DNA from: a virus
Virus record (IMG/VR): IMGVR_UViG_3300047160_002053
Span: 40,163 to 104,162 of that record
Direction: 5' to 3' (one strand)
Length of the DNA: 64,000 nucleotides
Shown: positions 20,301-29,774 of the stretch, piece by piece
How positions within the stretch are numbered: the stretch's first letter is position 1
Layout: the number at the start of each line of letters is the position of its first letter
The notes under the pieces: generated by a model
Databases searched by the model: none
What the model was told of the DNA's origin: nothing
The model's input: only the letters and a program-made list of their open reading frames with translations
Program-made: the position numbers and the translations under genes

Positions 20301-23300
20301 ATAAGCCTGAATATCAGCTGCGGTAGTAGTTGCAGACTGATAGAAAGTAATCGCACCAGCGACTAAAGTTGCCTTATTATTTTCTGCGACAGCTGATCCA
20401 GTAGGACGCTGAACAGAGAACGAAGTCGCTGTAGGAGTGAATCCTGCTTGAGTAGAAACGCGGAAAACTCCGTCATTCGCTTCATTGAATTCAGTAGACT
20501 TGGTGATATTTACATATTCTCCACCAGTCAAAGATCCCAATGCAGGGGCAGTTCCAGTTCCGTTCCAAGTATAAGTAACTTGGTCGATACCAGCTGCAGG
20601 AGTATTTGGAGTAACTGAAATATTCCATTCAGTAGACGCATCAATAGATGTTCCTACCGATGGACCAGATTTCAAGTTAATACGAACGTTAACATTTTCG
20701 TCAACAGTGATTACGCTTGAAACGTCAAAATTAGGAACAGAAGGATTAGAGTAACCAACATTGATGAACTCACCCGAACGACCCCATGGAGTAGCACGAT
20801 AAAGGATAGCATTATCATTGCCAGTAGGGTTCAATACTTTACGAGCTTGCATTAACACTTTGAAGTTAGAAAAATCAAAGCTTGCACCGAAAGCAGACGA
20901 GAAATTGGCAGTAGCGCCAGAATCAACGTCGTAAGCATTAAAGTTGTTTGGGTTATTGATATTGGTAGTGTTCGTGATAGCGCGACGGTAGAACGGAACC
21001 TCGAACGACTTAGAAGTCGTATCGTTGTCAACAACTACAACGGCAGTATCACTATGACCAAAATCAAGCGGATTAGCAATATAAAAACGGTCAAAATCAC
21101 GAAGACGACGGATCAATGGCTGATTGTTGATTCCGATAGTTCCAGAAGTAACTGATTTTTCTTGTACGTTCTCACCGTATGGCTGAGCATCACGAATAGT
21201 TCCGTAAGGATGCAAGAAAGCAACAAGTTCGTTAGGATCGCGAGCGCTCAAGTCGATTGCAGGCGGGAACGAAGTAATGTAAGAATCAATTGGATCTGCG
21301 TGAACGCCGCCTGAAGCTGCAAGCAAACGAGTGTGAATAAACAATGGGAAGCTAGCTTCCGTGTCACCGCTATCATAGAACGCAATCAAAGAATCTTTAG
21401 AAGTGTCAGACTCACCAACAGGCAAGTTCAACAACTTACCTTGGGTATCAGCAGTAACGATCAGAAGAGATCCGCTTGCGTCTTTAGTGCGAGAACGAAC
21501 AACGATAAATTGCTCTTCTTGAACGCTAAAGATCAAGCTATTAGTTTGAGCTTGAAGCTCTGTCGCAATTTGGTCAAGAGTCTTAACGCCAGTAGTGACG
21601 CGGAACTTCTGAGGAGCCAAAGTAGAACGGAGAACTACGAAACCTTCTGAGAACAATACGCCAGGAGTAGCTGCGATAGCTGCATATTCCGAAGCAGTAA
21701 CTTCGATGTCAAGAGTGCTATTAGTACGTGCGTAAACACGGCCTTCGATACGGTCAGATGCTACAAGCTCTGCGGACCATACGATAACGTAATCGCCGAC
21801 AAGAACATTTTGGAATGCAGTTGAAACTGTAGAAGTATAACGGATGCGATCTGGAGCTACTGCAGAAACTGCAAGAAGCGTATTTCCAGCAACGCCGTTA
21901 TTGATAATTTGACCAGGATTGTCGATCAACATCCAGACGTGAGCGTCTTGAGTGAAAGTGATAGATCCACCAGGAATCTCGTCAGATTGAATACGAGCTT
22001 CAGTTTGATCAGAACCTGCAGTCAATTGATCGCCAGCAACAAGTGGAGTAACAAGCTTAAATTGAGCAGTGTTACGGTCAAGTTGATAATCAGACTGTTT
22101 ACCGATAGAAGACAGGCCAATCAATTGGCTGAACATTCCCTTGGTAACAAGAGTAGAAGTAGGATCAATGACGATAGATGCGCGGTTATTTGCGCCAAGG
22201 TTCGATGTGATCTCAAGAGTCGTTCCAACAACAGTGGTCGTAACGCCCGTAAGTTTCGCATTCAAAACCTGCGCCCAAGCATCAAGAGAATTCGTCGCAG
22301 CAACTTGAGTATACAAGCCAGTAGCGATGAAATCTGCGTCAGTAATAGTGTAAGTGATAAAACCAGTGTTATCGACAGACAGAATCAAAGTGTCGCCTGT
22401 AACGATAGTTGCAGACCACAATTGTTGACTTTGAGTGAAGATAGAAGCAGTCTTTCCGTCTTTAGAAAGAGGGATCTTGTTCTTATACAAACGAAGAGTT
22501 TGAATTTGGTTAGAAGGAAATTCTAATTGAACAGCTGCATCACGACCAGAAGTCGTGGTTGGAGTAACAACTTGAATAGTGTCGTTACCTTCATAGTTTG
22601 CACGGATAACAACGTATTGTCCGCCGCCTGCAGTCGTAGCTTCAAATCCCAAAGTAGTGTTTGCGTTAATCGAAGCTGTAACCTCGAACGCAGTCGCTCC
22701 ACCTGGAGAACGGAAATCGCTATTAGCAAAAGTGTGTTGATAAATCTGCTCACCGACTTGAACGGCAAGAGTGTCTCCACCTACAAGGTCATAAGGTGCA
22801 GCGTTTGTAGTTTCTAAGAAAGCTTTTGCAACAGGAGCTTGGCGTCCGCCAGTAGCAAGTTGGAAATACTGTTCTCCGCCCAAAGCAGAGTCAACGATTG
22901 CTTCAAGACCTACGCCAGCGGTTTTAGCTTCGTAGATAGCGCCATTGTCGATGTAAAGGATAGAACCTTCAGTCGAAGAAATAATAGAAGAAGAAACGAT
23001 AGATGCGCCTGGTTCATCAGAAGCCGTAGCATCTTGAACTGCAGCTTTGATTGCGGTCGGAGTTCCGAGACCAATCGAAGCTAGTGCCTGTTTAATACGA
23101 ACGCGAAGCTGATCATCAGTTTCAGAATCCGCACCAGTAGTAAAAGGGAGTGGATTCGTAACAGAAGCTCCTGCGAAAGGAGGAGTTGCGAACGACTTGA
23201 TCGCTCCACGAGGAACGTTTCCAGAAGATCCAGGCTGTTGAGCCGCTACTTGAACATTTTCAACGGTAGTTTCACCGTCAAGGATAACTGCCGCAGTAAC

Positions 23301-23936
23301 TACTGAATATTGAATATCAGGAGATGCGCCAGCTGCAGGAGAAAGAACGATAGTATTCGCAGGAATAGAGCGGTTTCCACCTTGAGCCAAAATAACCGTC
23401 TCGCCGACGTTATGGAATTTAGTGGTAGCCGTATTCAAATTGATGACGTAATATCCGCCAACAGGAGTGATCGAAGAATATGCGATTGGACCTTCAACGT
23501 TAGGAGTCGAACGGCCAATGTAAATTGAGCCCGAAGCCGGAAAAGCGGAAGCATCAGAAACCTTGATCTGAGTCGAACCAATGTTCGGAGGGTTAGCGCC
23601 CGCGTAAACTTTAGTCGAGATCTTTTGGAACGATGTGTCAGTAATAGTTACAAGACCACTTGCAGGTTTTGCGGTGATCGGAGTAACTCGATTCTCTTCA
23701 GCCAAACGCTTCAAGGCGTCGCCGGTAGCTCTATCTACCGAGAAATCGCGAAGAATCTGGAAAACGTCGCCAGACGAACGAGCGACCATCAAAGCTACGA
23801 CTTCGTAGAACGAAGTTACAGCTGAGCCTACGTTAAAATCGTTAATACCCTGCTTTGCAGCGTATGCCGATAACATATCCGATAGAATTTGCTCATATGA
23901 CTGTGGGACTGGAATTCCACTAGATGATTCGGCCAT
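17352..23936 (-). CDS. giant baseplate J-like wedge protein
   Basis: 2194 aa; N-terminal ATGDAL, G..GNV..G.I, GADSETDDQLRVRI and C-terminal VGQPI..S.I...V..IPGV gpJ motifs. Confidence 0.85.
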   Translation of the reverse strand: MAESSSGIPVPQSYEQILSDMLSAYAAKQGINDFNVGSAVTSFYEVVALMVARSSGDVFQILRDFSVDRATGDALKRLAEENRVTPITAKPASGLVTITDTSFQKISTKVYAGANPPNIGSTQIKVSDASAFPASGSIYIGRSTPNVEGPIAYSSITPVGGYYVINLNTATTKFHNVGETVILAQGGNRSIPANTIVLSPAAGASPDIQYSVVTAAVILDGETTVENVQVAAQQPGSSGNVPRGAIKSFATPPFAGASVTNPLPFTTGADSETDDQLRVRIKQALASIGLGTPTAIKAAVQDATASDEPGASIVSSSIISSTEGSILYIDNGAIYEAKTAGVGLEAIVDSALGGEQYFQLATGGRQAPVAKAFLETTNAAPYDLVGGDTLAVQVGEQIYQHTFANSDFRSPGGATAFEVTASINANTTLGFEATTAGGGQYVVIRANYEGNDTIQVVTPTTTSGRDAAVQLEFPSNQIQTLRLYKNKIPLSKDGKTASIFTQSQQLWSATIVTGDTLILSVDNTGFITYTITDADFIATGLYTQVAATNSLDAWAQVLNAKLTGVTTTVVGTTLEITSNLGANNRASIVIDPTSTLVTKGMFSQLIGLSSIGKQSDYQLDRNTAQFKLVTPLVAGDQLTAGSDQTEARIQSDEIPGGSITFTQDAHVWMLIDNPGQIINNGVAGNTLLAVSAVAPDRIRYTSTVSTAFQNVLVGDYVIVWSAELVASDRIEGRVYARTNSTLDIEVTASEYAAIAATPGVLFSEGFVVLRSTLAPQKFRVTTGVKTLDQIATELQAQTNSLIFSVQEEQFIVVRSRTKDASGSLLIVTADTQGKLLNLPVGESDTSKDSLIAFYDSGDTEASFPLFIHTRLLAASGGVHADPIDSYITSFPPAIDLSARDPNELVAFLHPYGTIRDAQPYGENVQEKSVTSGTIGINNQPLIRRLRDFDRFYIANPLDFGHSDTAVVVVDNDTTSKSFEVPFYRRAITNTTNINNPNNFNAYDVDSGATANFSSAFGASFDFSNFKVLMQARKVLNPTGNDNAILYRATPWGRSGEFINVGYSNPSVPNFDVSSVITVDENVNVRINLKSGPSVGTSIDASTEWNISVTPNTPAAGIDQVTYTWNGTGTAPALGSLTGGEYVNITKSTEFNEANDGVFRVSTQAGFTPTATSFSVQRPTGSAVAENNKATLVAGAITFYQSATTTAADIQAYVAANLGDYFTATLVNDPNPPANGTGTIALSTYEDSGFQYESVFLKDGINWIASSNLGGSPNFTFKKSLSLPSDQGYAFNNGEELRLVPTTMDQVRRLISVLAVTGLTTVATVGVVDRGSKLELATDTLGSDGSIQIIGGLANGYEVPVLDTATRVDNQLASVSVDKVAAQGIHSDQWFRLQATNTQRKEALFSSNTSITVLSNVPAVGFSTIKLLSRALNQRYFGKPRHHLRTQNRTFRVEKQGALACLSWTGDNASPQFIKTAVNFNDAGGGTINVSKVSGTSEAEYLILTGAANFNELSIGDLVTISGLPQADNNGTFPVTGVSDDGTTLRVLNPNAVDEFSSGTFTFGTNSTAGDTFTIGTSNLVAGTDFAIGATAADTAANLSAVIGTLPNVTSSSNGNIVTVTATGPDQSTALAYAGTGTVTVSSANLVGDAFVAGDFSASTEVSEGDTMIVGAPFTVLNQGKFRVIRRYNNSVWYENANTVEEEVTLPLNAISVGYDATTSIKVNASNHSLYLNWNGVGTQPNFENARAGDILTLGVDFNAANQGQFMVLRTGAALAEITNLVMPAGSNFTIGGAGTYFLIQSAGDVNLYYVWFNVNGSNSDPAVVGRTGIQVSILSGDTAVSVAAKAALAVGAATGLTASASNGVTTVTTTGLQETTDASNVNVPAPFTVNLVQQGRRTFLEAINPSAVNEAAVFVTTPNGLQVHRPQIQFYEYEATVAGDLFVATGDTLTTQNAGSYVVSDVIDRDTAVITGTLAPLTNVSLNGRETSVYVEEGVAYSGYKHVLFASQQPGAPFRSLITFDTNAQYSKIDEAAGVQLTSLSKMDFNTTIRKGLDSYRYNTGLIAEANRIIYGDPRDPTTYPGVGAAGAEIFSREPLTRRIQVSVVIRINTGVPFAQTAEQVRTSVSSLVNSNPVGQPIAFSAIVSAVNAIPGVRAMAIDSPQYDSTHDIIFIAPSEKARIIDPVLDISVSQNGT

Positions 23937-23956
23937 TTAGATCTCCGTTATACCTT

Positions 23957-23963
23957 TAAGATT
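23957..23963 (-). promoter_or_regulatory. AATCTTA putative late promoter motif
   Basis: Intergenic, 20 nt upstream of ATG 23936. Confidence 0.65.
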
Positions 23964-23986
23964 CGCGTTTCTCATTATCCTATATA

Positions 23987-26572
23987 TCACGCCGCCAGCT
24001 CAAAAGTGAGCGGGAATACGCCCTGGACACCAGCTATAACGACGCCCATGGAAATTGACAGAACTGGACCGTTTAGGGAGATCTGGAGGCTATCCAGACC
24101 CGCGAATCGTGGGTCCTGTTCGATTAACTTATTGATAGAATTATAGATTTCCTGAACATTGACATCAGAAGTCATAATTCCTGCTTTAATACCTACCCCG
24201 AAATCAGGATGAGTGATCAATTTTCCCTTTTCAGTGGAAAGCTTGATCTTAATCGCTTGGATTAAATTTGTCATTCCCGCAGAATAACGGAAATCACCAA
24301 AACTGTTTGTGGCAACATCACCAGTATCGGTCAAAAGCCAATCAACCTTGCTCAGGCCGACCAAAGGATCAGCTGCTACAGACGTAGGAACTAAAATATT
24401 GGCATCATTTGATACCGGAAGATTGCTCGGGATAAAGATTTTCTGTTGACTATTAACCGTTCCAGGCAAGTAAGCTTGAACGTAAGCCTTATCTGCCGTT
24501 ACGAATGAATCAAGGTTTGGCTCTCCATCCAAAGAAAGCAGGAAGCTTGTGTCAGAAAGACGGTCGATTCCCAAAATTCTACGAGCGCTTGGCTGTTGAG
24601 TAGAGCTTTGAAGAACGATACGTTGTCCGATATACATGTCCGCAACGTCCGAAATAGTGATTTGACGACCTGTTGCGTTAGAAAGCAATGGGCGCTGGAA
24701 ACCATTTTCATCAATATAAGGATCGCGAAGATTGTTCAAAGTGGCGATTTCAATCCAACGCTGAGGGTCGCCAAGATAACGAGATGCAATCTGCTCAATG
24801 TTCAAACCAAAAGGAACTGGAGCAAGAATTTTAGAGTCTGGAATATCGAACGCGATACCTGCTTGATCAGCAAGACCGGCAACGTATTCCATGTTCGATT
24901 GTTTCTGGTCGTCATCAACTTCAGTAGTCGCAGTCAAAATATCGTAAGACTGCATGACATCATAAAGAGCCTTCAAGAGTTCGTACTCATCAAGGGTCAT
25001 AGGAGTCAAACGAGTCGATGGAGTTGGACGACCATAAATCTGGCTGTAGAAAGCGTCACCGGCACCGAAGTTATTCGAGAGTTGGAGGGCAAGATCTTGA
25101 ATAACAGCGCGTTGCTCTTTCAAATCGGCTACGCTAGTTGTACGTGCATCTTCGATAACTTGATCGACTGCAGCTTGTTGAGCATTGTTTAAGCTCATGC
25201 TATAGACCGGAACATTATCCATCAATTGGAAGTTGCGCTCTGGAGCACGGAACACGTTATCGCTTGGATCAATAGAATTCGCTGTAGCGGCCTTTGAACC
25301 GAGTTGTCCGCCCGATACCGCTGACATAGAAAGACCTTCAACTTGCGCAAAAGAAGCATTGACAGAAGTCAATGCGCTACGAACAGAAGGATCGCTAGAA
25401 GTCGTAGAGATAGAACTGCTTAAAATCTTCAAGCTATCTTTGATCGAACTTGCATAGTCACGCTGAATTTGAAAAGGAAGATCTGCAGCGGTAACTGCAA
25501 CACCTGCTAAATCTTTAATGAACAGTGCGCCCTGCCTTAAAACATCTAGAGGACGTTCAACGTCAGAACGAACTGCACCAATCAAGTCGATGGCCGCAGA
25601 CGTGAGTTTGCGCGCTTCACTGATTGTATTCAAAATACGATTCAAAATTCCAGGACTGATAGGCTGGATAGAAGGCTGAACCGCAGGAGCTTTTTCTGCA
25701 AGCTCAATACGACGCCATGCTTTCAATGTGAAAGAGTAATTGATCCAAGTTGCCTTGTTTTCATTTTGACTCCATTGAAAAATCATAGGAGTTACTACGA
25801 AAGACTGATTCTGCTTTGGAATATCAAAAACTAGACGCCAAGAAGCATTCTTAGGGTTTTTCTTAGCTTCAGCATACTGCTCAAGGAATTGTTGCAAAGC
25901 AAGTGCGTGATAATATCCCGTACTAGTTGCACCTGCAGCTGTTTCTTGAGGTTTTTGCGTCGATGGCTTACTGTTCGGAGACCCTGATGTCGCTGAATTC
26001 AATACTTTTTGAAATTGAGAAACAACGTTAGTCACGCCCTCCAAGGTACCGCCAAATAGGGACTGAAGGACTGACGGACTTTGAGGAGGGCTTGTGACGG
26101 AACTTCTATATGGCCAAACACCCATTGTTCCGGATGCTTGGATCATTTTAAATTTTAGGCCGCCGTGTTCTTCGGTAATACCGCGAATTGTGGCAGTCGT
26201 ATTGATTGCAAACTGATCAGTGATCGTTAACTGCTGAGGAGTAATAGGAAGACGAAATACCCATTGATTTCCCAATGGAATGAAGCTTATTGTAGAAAAA
26301 GTATCATTTGTAACGAATTCAACGCTTGGTGCGCCAGAATTACCGCCTACTGTCTGACCAGTAGCGGCGTCAACGACCAAAAGACGATATGGGAACAATT
26401 GATCCCAGCGAGCGGGGTCAATAGTCATAGCCGCCCAAAAACGACTAGATACGTCGTTCCATGGAACTGTAGTGTTCTGGCGTGCGCTCTTAATGAGCCT
26501 ATCCGCATCGGATAGTCCACTAAAACTGCTTGGATTACTAACCAATTGCGTTACGGAATCTAAAAATGACAT
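23987..26572 (-). CDS. baseplate fusion protein: tube-initiator-like + LysM + gp25/gpW-like
   Basis: N-terminal LPITPQQL.I motif; IASRYLGDPQRWIEIATLNNL (LysM); C-terminal NLIQAI.I.LST.KG....HPDFG (gp25). Confidence 0.75.
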   Translation of the reverse strand: MSFLDSVTQLVSNPSSFSGLSDADRLIKSARQNTTVPWNDVSSRFWAAMTIDPARWDQLFPYRLLVVDAATGQTVGGNSGAPSVEFVTNDTFSTISFIPLGNQWVFRLPITPQQLTITDQFAINTTATIRGITEEHGGLKFKMIQASGTMGVWPYRSSVTSPPQSPSVLQSLFGGTLEGVTNVVSQFQKVLNSATSGSPNSKPSTQKPQETAAGATSTGYYHALALQQFLEQYAEAKKNPKNASWRLVFDIPKQNQSFVVTPMIFQWSQNENKATWINYSFTLKAWRRIELAEKAPAVQPSIQPISPGILNRILNTISEARKLTSAAIDLIGAVRSDVERPLDVLRQGALFIKDLAGVAVTAADLPFQIQRDYASSIKDSLKILSSSISTTSSDPSVRSALTSVNASFAQVEGLSMSAVSGGQLGSKAATANSIDPSDNVFRAPERNFQLMDNVPVYSMSLNNAQQAAVDQVIEDARTTSVADLKEQRAVIQDLALQLSNNFGAGDAFYSQIYGRPTPSTRLTPMTLDEYELLKALYDVMQSYDILTATTEVDDDQKQSNMEYVAGLADQAGIAFDIPDSKILAPVPFGLNIEQIASRYLGDPQRWIEIATLNNLRDPYIDENGFQRPLLSNATGRQITISDVADMYIGQRIVLQSSTQQPSARRILGIDRLSDTSFLLSLDGEPNLDSFVTADKAYVQAYLPGTVNSQQKIFIPSNLPVSNDANILVPTSVAADPLVGLSKVDWLLTDTGDVATNSFGDFRYSAGMTNLIQAIKIKLSTEKGKLITHPDFGVGIKAGIMTSDVNVQEIYNSINKLIEQDPRFAGLDSLQISLNGPVLSISMGVVIAGVQGVFPLTFELAA

Positions 26573-26588
26573 GTTTTGCCCTCTTCAA

Positions 26589-26595
26589 TAAGATT
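26589..26595 (-). promoter_or_regulatory. AATCTTA putative late promoter motif
   Basis: Intergenic, 16 nt upstream of ATG 26572. Confidence 0.65.
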
Positions 26596-26635
26596 ACGGG
26601 TAGAAAGACTCCCTAAAATGTGATATATCAGAGAT

Positions 26636-27217
26636 ATGAAGCGTTTGATTTTACTTTCATTTTTATTTGCCCTAGGATCGTGCGTAGCTCCTTCTCAGCA
26701 CGGCGATTTGAAGCCAAAAGAGAAGCCTGAGCACTCTATTGAGATTACGGACCCCGAAATTAAAGTGATTTCGGACTCATATTTTGATATAAGTAAGCGA
26801 TTTAACTTAGGTTTTAGCAGAAAAGTCAGTATTGGATTCACAAAAATACCCAAAGACAACGTGATTGGACTTTGTACTTTCGGTAAAGATTTCAGAGAGA
26901 TAGACCTTGACGCTGACTTTTGGAATCGAGCTAGCTGGCCCTCAAAAGTAGCGCTTCTTTACCATGAAATGACGCACTGCTACTGTACCAGAGAACATGA
27001 TTTCGACGGCGGTACAATGTACCCAGATGGATCGCTCAGATACATTCTGGACCGATTCACAAGAAATATGCCTTCGCCCCTAAAACCTGAAGGATACCTG
27101 GATGACGGATGTCCGAAATCAATTATGCATCCGATTATCGTGGACAACTACTGCTTCAATAAGCATTATGGTTACTATATCGAAGAAATGTTTAACCGCT
27201 GTGATCCTTGGAAATAA
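26636..27217 (+). CDS. lipoprotein zinc metallopeptidase (metzincin-like)
   Basis: Lipobox LGSC; HEMTHCYCTREH zinc motif; SIM Met-turn. Confidence 0.75.
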   Translation: MKRLILLSFLFALGSCVAPSQHGDLKPKEKPEHSIEITDPEIKVISDSYFDISKRFNLGFSRKVSIGFTKIPKDNVIGLCTFGKDFREIDLDADFWNRASWPSKVALLYHEMTHCYCTREHDFDGGTMYPDGSLRYILDRFTRNMPSPLKPEGYLDDGCPKSIMHPIIVDNYCFNKHYGYYIEEMFNRCDPWK

Positions 27218-27218
27218 A

Positions 27219-27572
27219 ATGCTAAATTCAGACGAAAGAGATGTTATCAAAAAGGTTTACGCAAAATTCGTAGAATCTGACACTGCTGGAAACGAAGGTT
27301 GGTCTGACATTGATGAGAATATGTCATACTTAGCATATCTAACCGATGCAGAAGTGATCATAGAAGCTGCGGCGAAAATTCATCAACAAAAATTGGGCAA
27401 TCCGCGATGTAATCTGGATCATCCTACTACTGAATGTTTTGTCCCGACAGTTCTTGAAGCAGCAGACATTGTTATTGATCTTTACACCAAAACAGGCCAT
27501 CTGCCTAATAAGAATAGATTTTTACTTGAGTATTATCTGACTTTAAGCTTTATCGGCTATATCGTAAGTTAA
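27219..27572 (+). CDS. hypothetical protein
   Basis: Start moved to ATG 27219, directly after the upstream stop. Confidence 0.6.
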   Translation: MLNSDERDVIKKVYAKFVESDTAGNEGWSDIDENMSYLAYLTDAEVIIEAAAKIHQQKLGNPRCNLDHPTTECFVPTVLEAADIVIDLYTKTGHLPNKNRFLLEYYLTLSFIGYIVS

Positions 27573-28945
27573 GACAGATCTTTGTAAAGACGAGCCTTAG
27601 ATCCAGGATTGTACTTGGCAGGCACGATGTCATTTAACGTAACAGAATTCCCATTCACAGATTTAATAGAGCGCTGAAGTTCGTCTTGCTGATCAGCAAT
27701 AACCCAGACCGCGTCACCTGGCTGAAACATGCTTGCGTCTGCTAGAGCGACAACTGTAGTTCCGTTACCTGGACTTCCGAGAAGTGAAGTGGGAAGAATA
27801 GAAAGATAAGTTGCTTTCTGAGATTTAGTGCTAGAGATGATCGCATCTTGAGCGCCGGAAGAACCTTGTAGTCCGGCGAGTTGCATCAAAGAACCAGCTA
27901 AAATATCGAGGCGCAGATTTAAAAGCCCATATCTTTTGAAATAAAGACCTGTACCACTTGCTTCGCCAGTATTCAAATCCTGAGTAACTGTACCTAAAAT
28001 CGTATTTAATTGTCCAAGACGAGTGGTTTGGAAAGAATTACGAGTGTTCAATGCGGATTGCAAAGCTGCAAGCTGTACCGAATGAAGTTTAGTTGGTGCC
28101 AAAAGATTCGAGTTGTAGCTATTGAAACCGATACAAGTGGTCTGTCCGTGTGCGGTATTGAAGTCAACATAAGCAAGCCAAGTGTTTAGCGCAGGGATAA
28201 TGACGTTGTTAATGTTATTAATAGCTGCTTGATTGATTGCTTGATTCGCAGGATCGTTAGTAACAATACCAGCTGCTTCGGTTTGAAGAAAAGTCTTCAA
28301 ATTATTTACAGCGGTCACAAGATTAGTTTTTAAAGTCTGAATAGCAGGATCGTTTGCGATTAAATCAGGGCCAGGAGTCCACGTTCCGCCGCCAGTCGTA
28401 CAGGCAGCTTGAGTCGTGTACTGAGGAAGCGAACAAGTTCCAGTTGCTCCGCAAGATTGTCCAGTAGTATTCTGGATGTCAGTATTGCTAGAAGCTGAAG
28501 TGATCAATGTTAGGCAAGCCTGAATCAGATCTCCCTCTTTGGTCGTAGATCCATAAGCTTCAATGTAATTTTTACCAATAATATAGGTGAGAGCAAAAGG
28601 TTTAGTTTTAACCCATACGTTATGAGTAGCCGAAAGACTAGGAACCGTTACGGTCGTATCATTAGGATAGAAATGATTCTGCAATTTCTTATTCGCAGAA
28701 TCTTGAATGTCTTGCTCTACAATCGTAGTGCGCAAGTTTCCATCAAGCATATTGTATTCAGTTTGATAAGCAGTGACCATAGCATTAACCGGATCGAACA
28801 GATTTTTGTTCGCTTGGTCAAGCTTGGCTACTTTATCAAGCTGAGTCTGCAGCTGAGCCTTAGCGGTTGTAAGCGCCTTGATAGTATCATCAGCACTAAC
28901 AATGCTCAGCGAGAATGCAATACGGTCATCTTTTGACAATGGCAT
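27569..28945 (-). CDS. virion structural protein (coiled-coil)
   Basis: Start ATG 28945 coupled to upstream stop; composition like neighbouring structural genes. Confidence 0.65.
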   Translation of the reverse strand: MPLSKDDRIAFSLSIVSADDTIKALTTAKAQLQTQLDKVAKLDQANKNLFDPVNAMVTAYQTEYNMLDGNLRTTIVEQDIQDSANKKLQNHFYPNDTTVTVPSLSATHNVWVKTKPFALTYIIGKNYIEAYGSTTKEGDLIQACLTLITSASSNTDIQNTTGQSCGATGTCSLPQYTTQAACTTGGGTWTPGPDLIANDPAIQTLKTNLVTAVNNLKTFLQTEAAGIVTNDPANQAINQAAINNINNVIIPALNTWLAYVDFNTAHGQTTCIGFNSYNSNLLAPTKLHSVQLAALQSALNTRNSFQTTRLGQLNTILGTVTQDLNTGEASGTGLYFKRYGLLNLRLDILAGSLMQLAGLQGSSGAQDAIISSTKSQKATYLSILPTSLLGSPGNGTTVVALADASMFQPGDAVWVIADQQDELQRSIKSVNGNSVTLNDIVPAKYNPGSKARLYKDLS

Positions 28946-29223
28946 TAGTGAATCCTCAAAGGCCAAATCTTAAAGTTGTTAAGACATTTCTCGGCATCGG
29001 CTTTCTGTTCTTCATTTCCATACTTCTTCATATGGCGCAAGCTCTCAAGAACTTGCTCAAATAGGGCTTCGGCACGATCTTTACTAAATGACATCTTGCC
29101 AGATTCACTCTCCAGCATTTCGTCACCTATTTGAATATAATAATACTGAGCCTCAATTGCCATTACTTCCGCCATTGTGTAGTCTGCATACATTATATCA
29201 GATTTCTTGCCGTTTTTGCTCAT
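28945..29223 (-). CDS. hypothetical protein
   Basis: 92-aa ORF tightly packed in operon. Confidence 0.65.
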   Translation of the reverse strand: MSKNGKKSDIMYADYTMAEVMAIEAQYYYIQIGDEMLESESGKMSFSKDRAEALFEQVLESLRHMKKYGNEEQKADAEKCLNNFKIWPLRIH

Positions 29224-29225
29224 AT

Positions 29226-29765
29226 TTACCCCAAGAATGCGTGCATTGAAACGATTGTCACGAGATCATACAAAGTATGACACAGCATGACAGTTCCGAA
29301 ACCTACCTCTTGTCCTTTCTTAAATGTAAAAGGAATATAGAAACTTAACGCAGCAGCTGCAATCCAGCCCTGATAAACGTGGCCTAAACCGAATGATACC
29401 ATGACTATCGCAATCGCAATCCATGTCAAAGCTTTCTTCCACCATTTATCTTTCCCTAACCAACGAGACAAAATCGCCAGCGGAAGTCCGTGACATGCAT
29501 CTTCCCAGAAAACAGTCAGCGTGGCTTGCCAAGGAATTATCATGGCACCAGAAGTCATATCGTGCAACTGCTCATTTCCAGCAAAAGTCCTGAAAATAAA
29601 CCATCTGTATGCGGTGATACCGCACAGAAACAGAATCCATTTTGCAATTGGCTTCCATTCGATCCTCAAAAGGTCTTTATGTTTTGATTGCCAGGTCGCA
29701 TAGAGCATAAAAAGCCCCATGATCCAATAAGGAAACATCCTGAGTGCTACTTCCTGAAACGTCAT
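29226..29765 (-). CDS. CPBP (CAAX/Abi) family intramembrane metalloprotease-like protein
   Basis: Multi-TM; WED..H, FGLGH.YQG and H..YD motifs. Confidence 0.7.
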   Translation of the reverse strand: MTFQEVALRMFPYWIMGLFMLYATWQSKHKDLLRIEWKPIAKWILFLCGITAYRWFIFRTFAGNEQLHDMTSGAMIIPWQATLTVFWEDACHGLPLAILSRWLGKDKWWKKALTWIAIAIVMVSFGLGHVYQGWIAAAALSFYIPFTFKKGQEVGFGTVMLCHTLYDLVTIVSMHAFLG

Positions 29766-29774
29766 AAAATCTCC

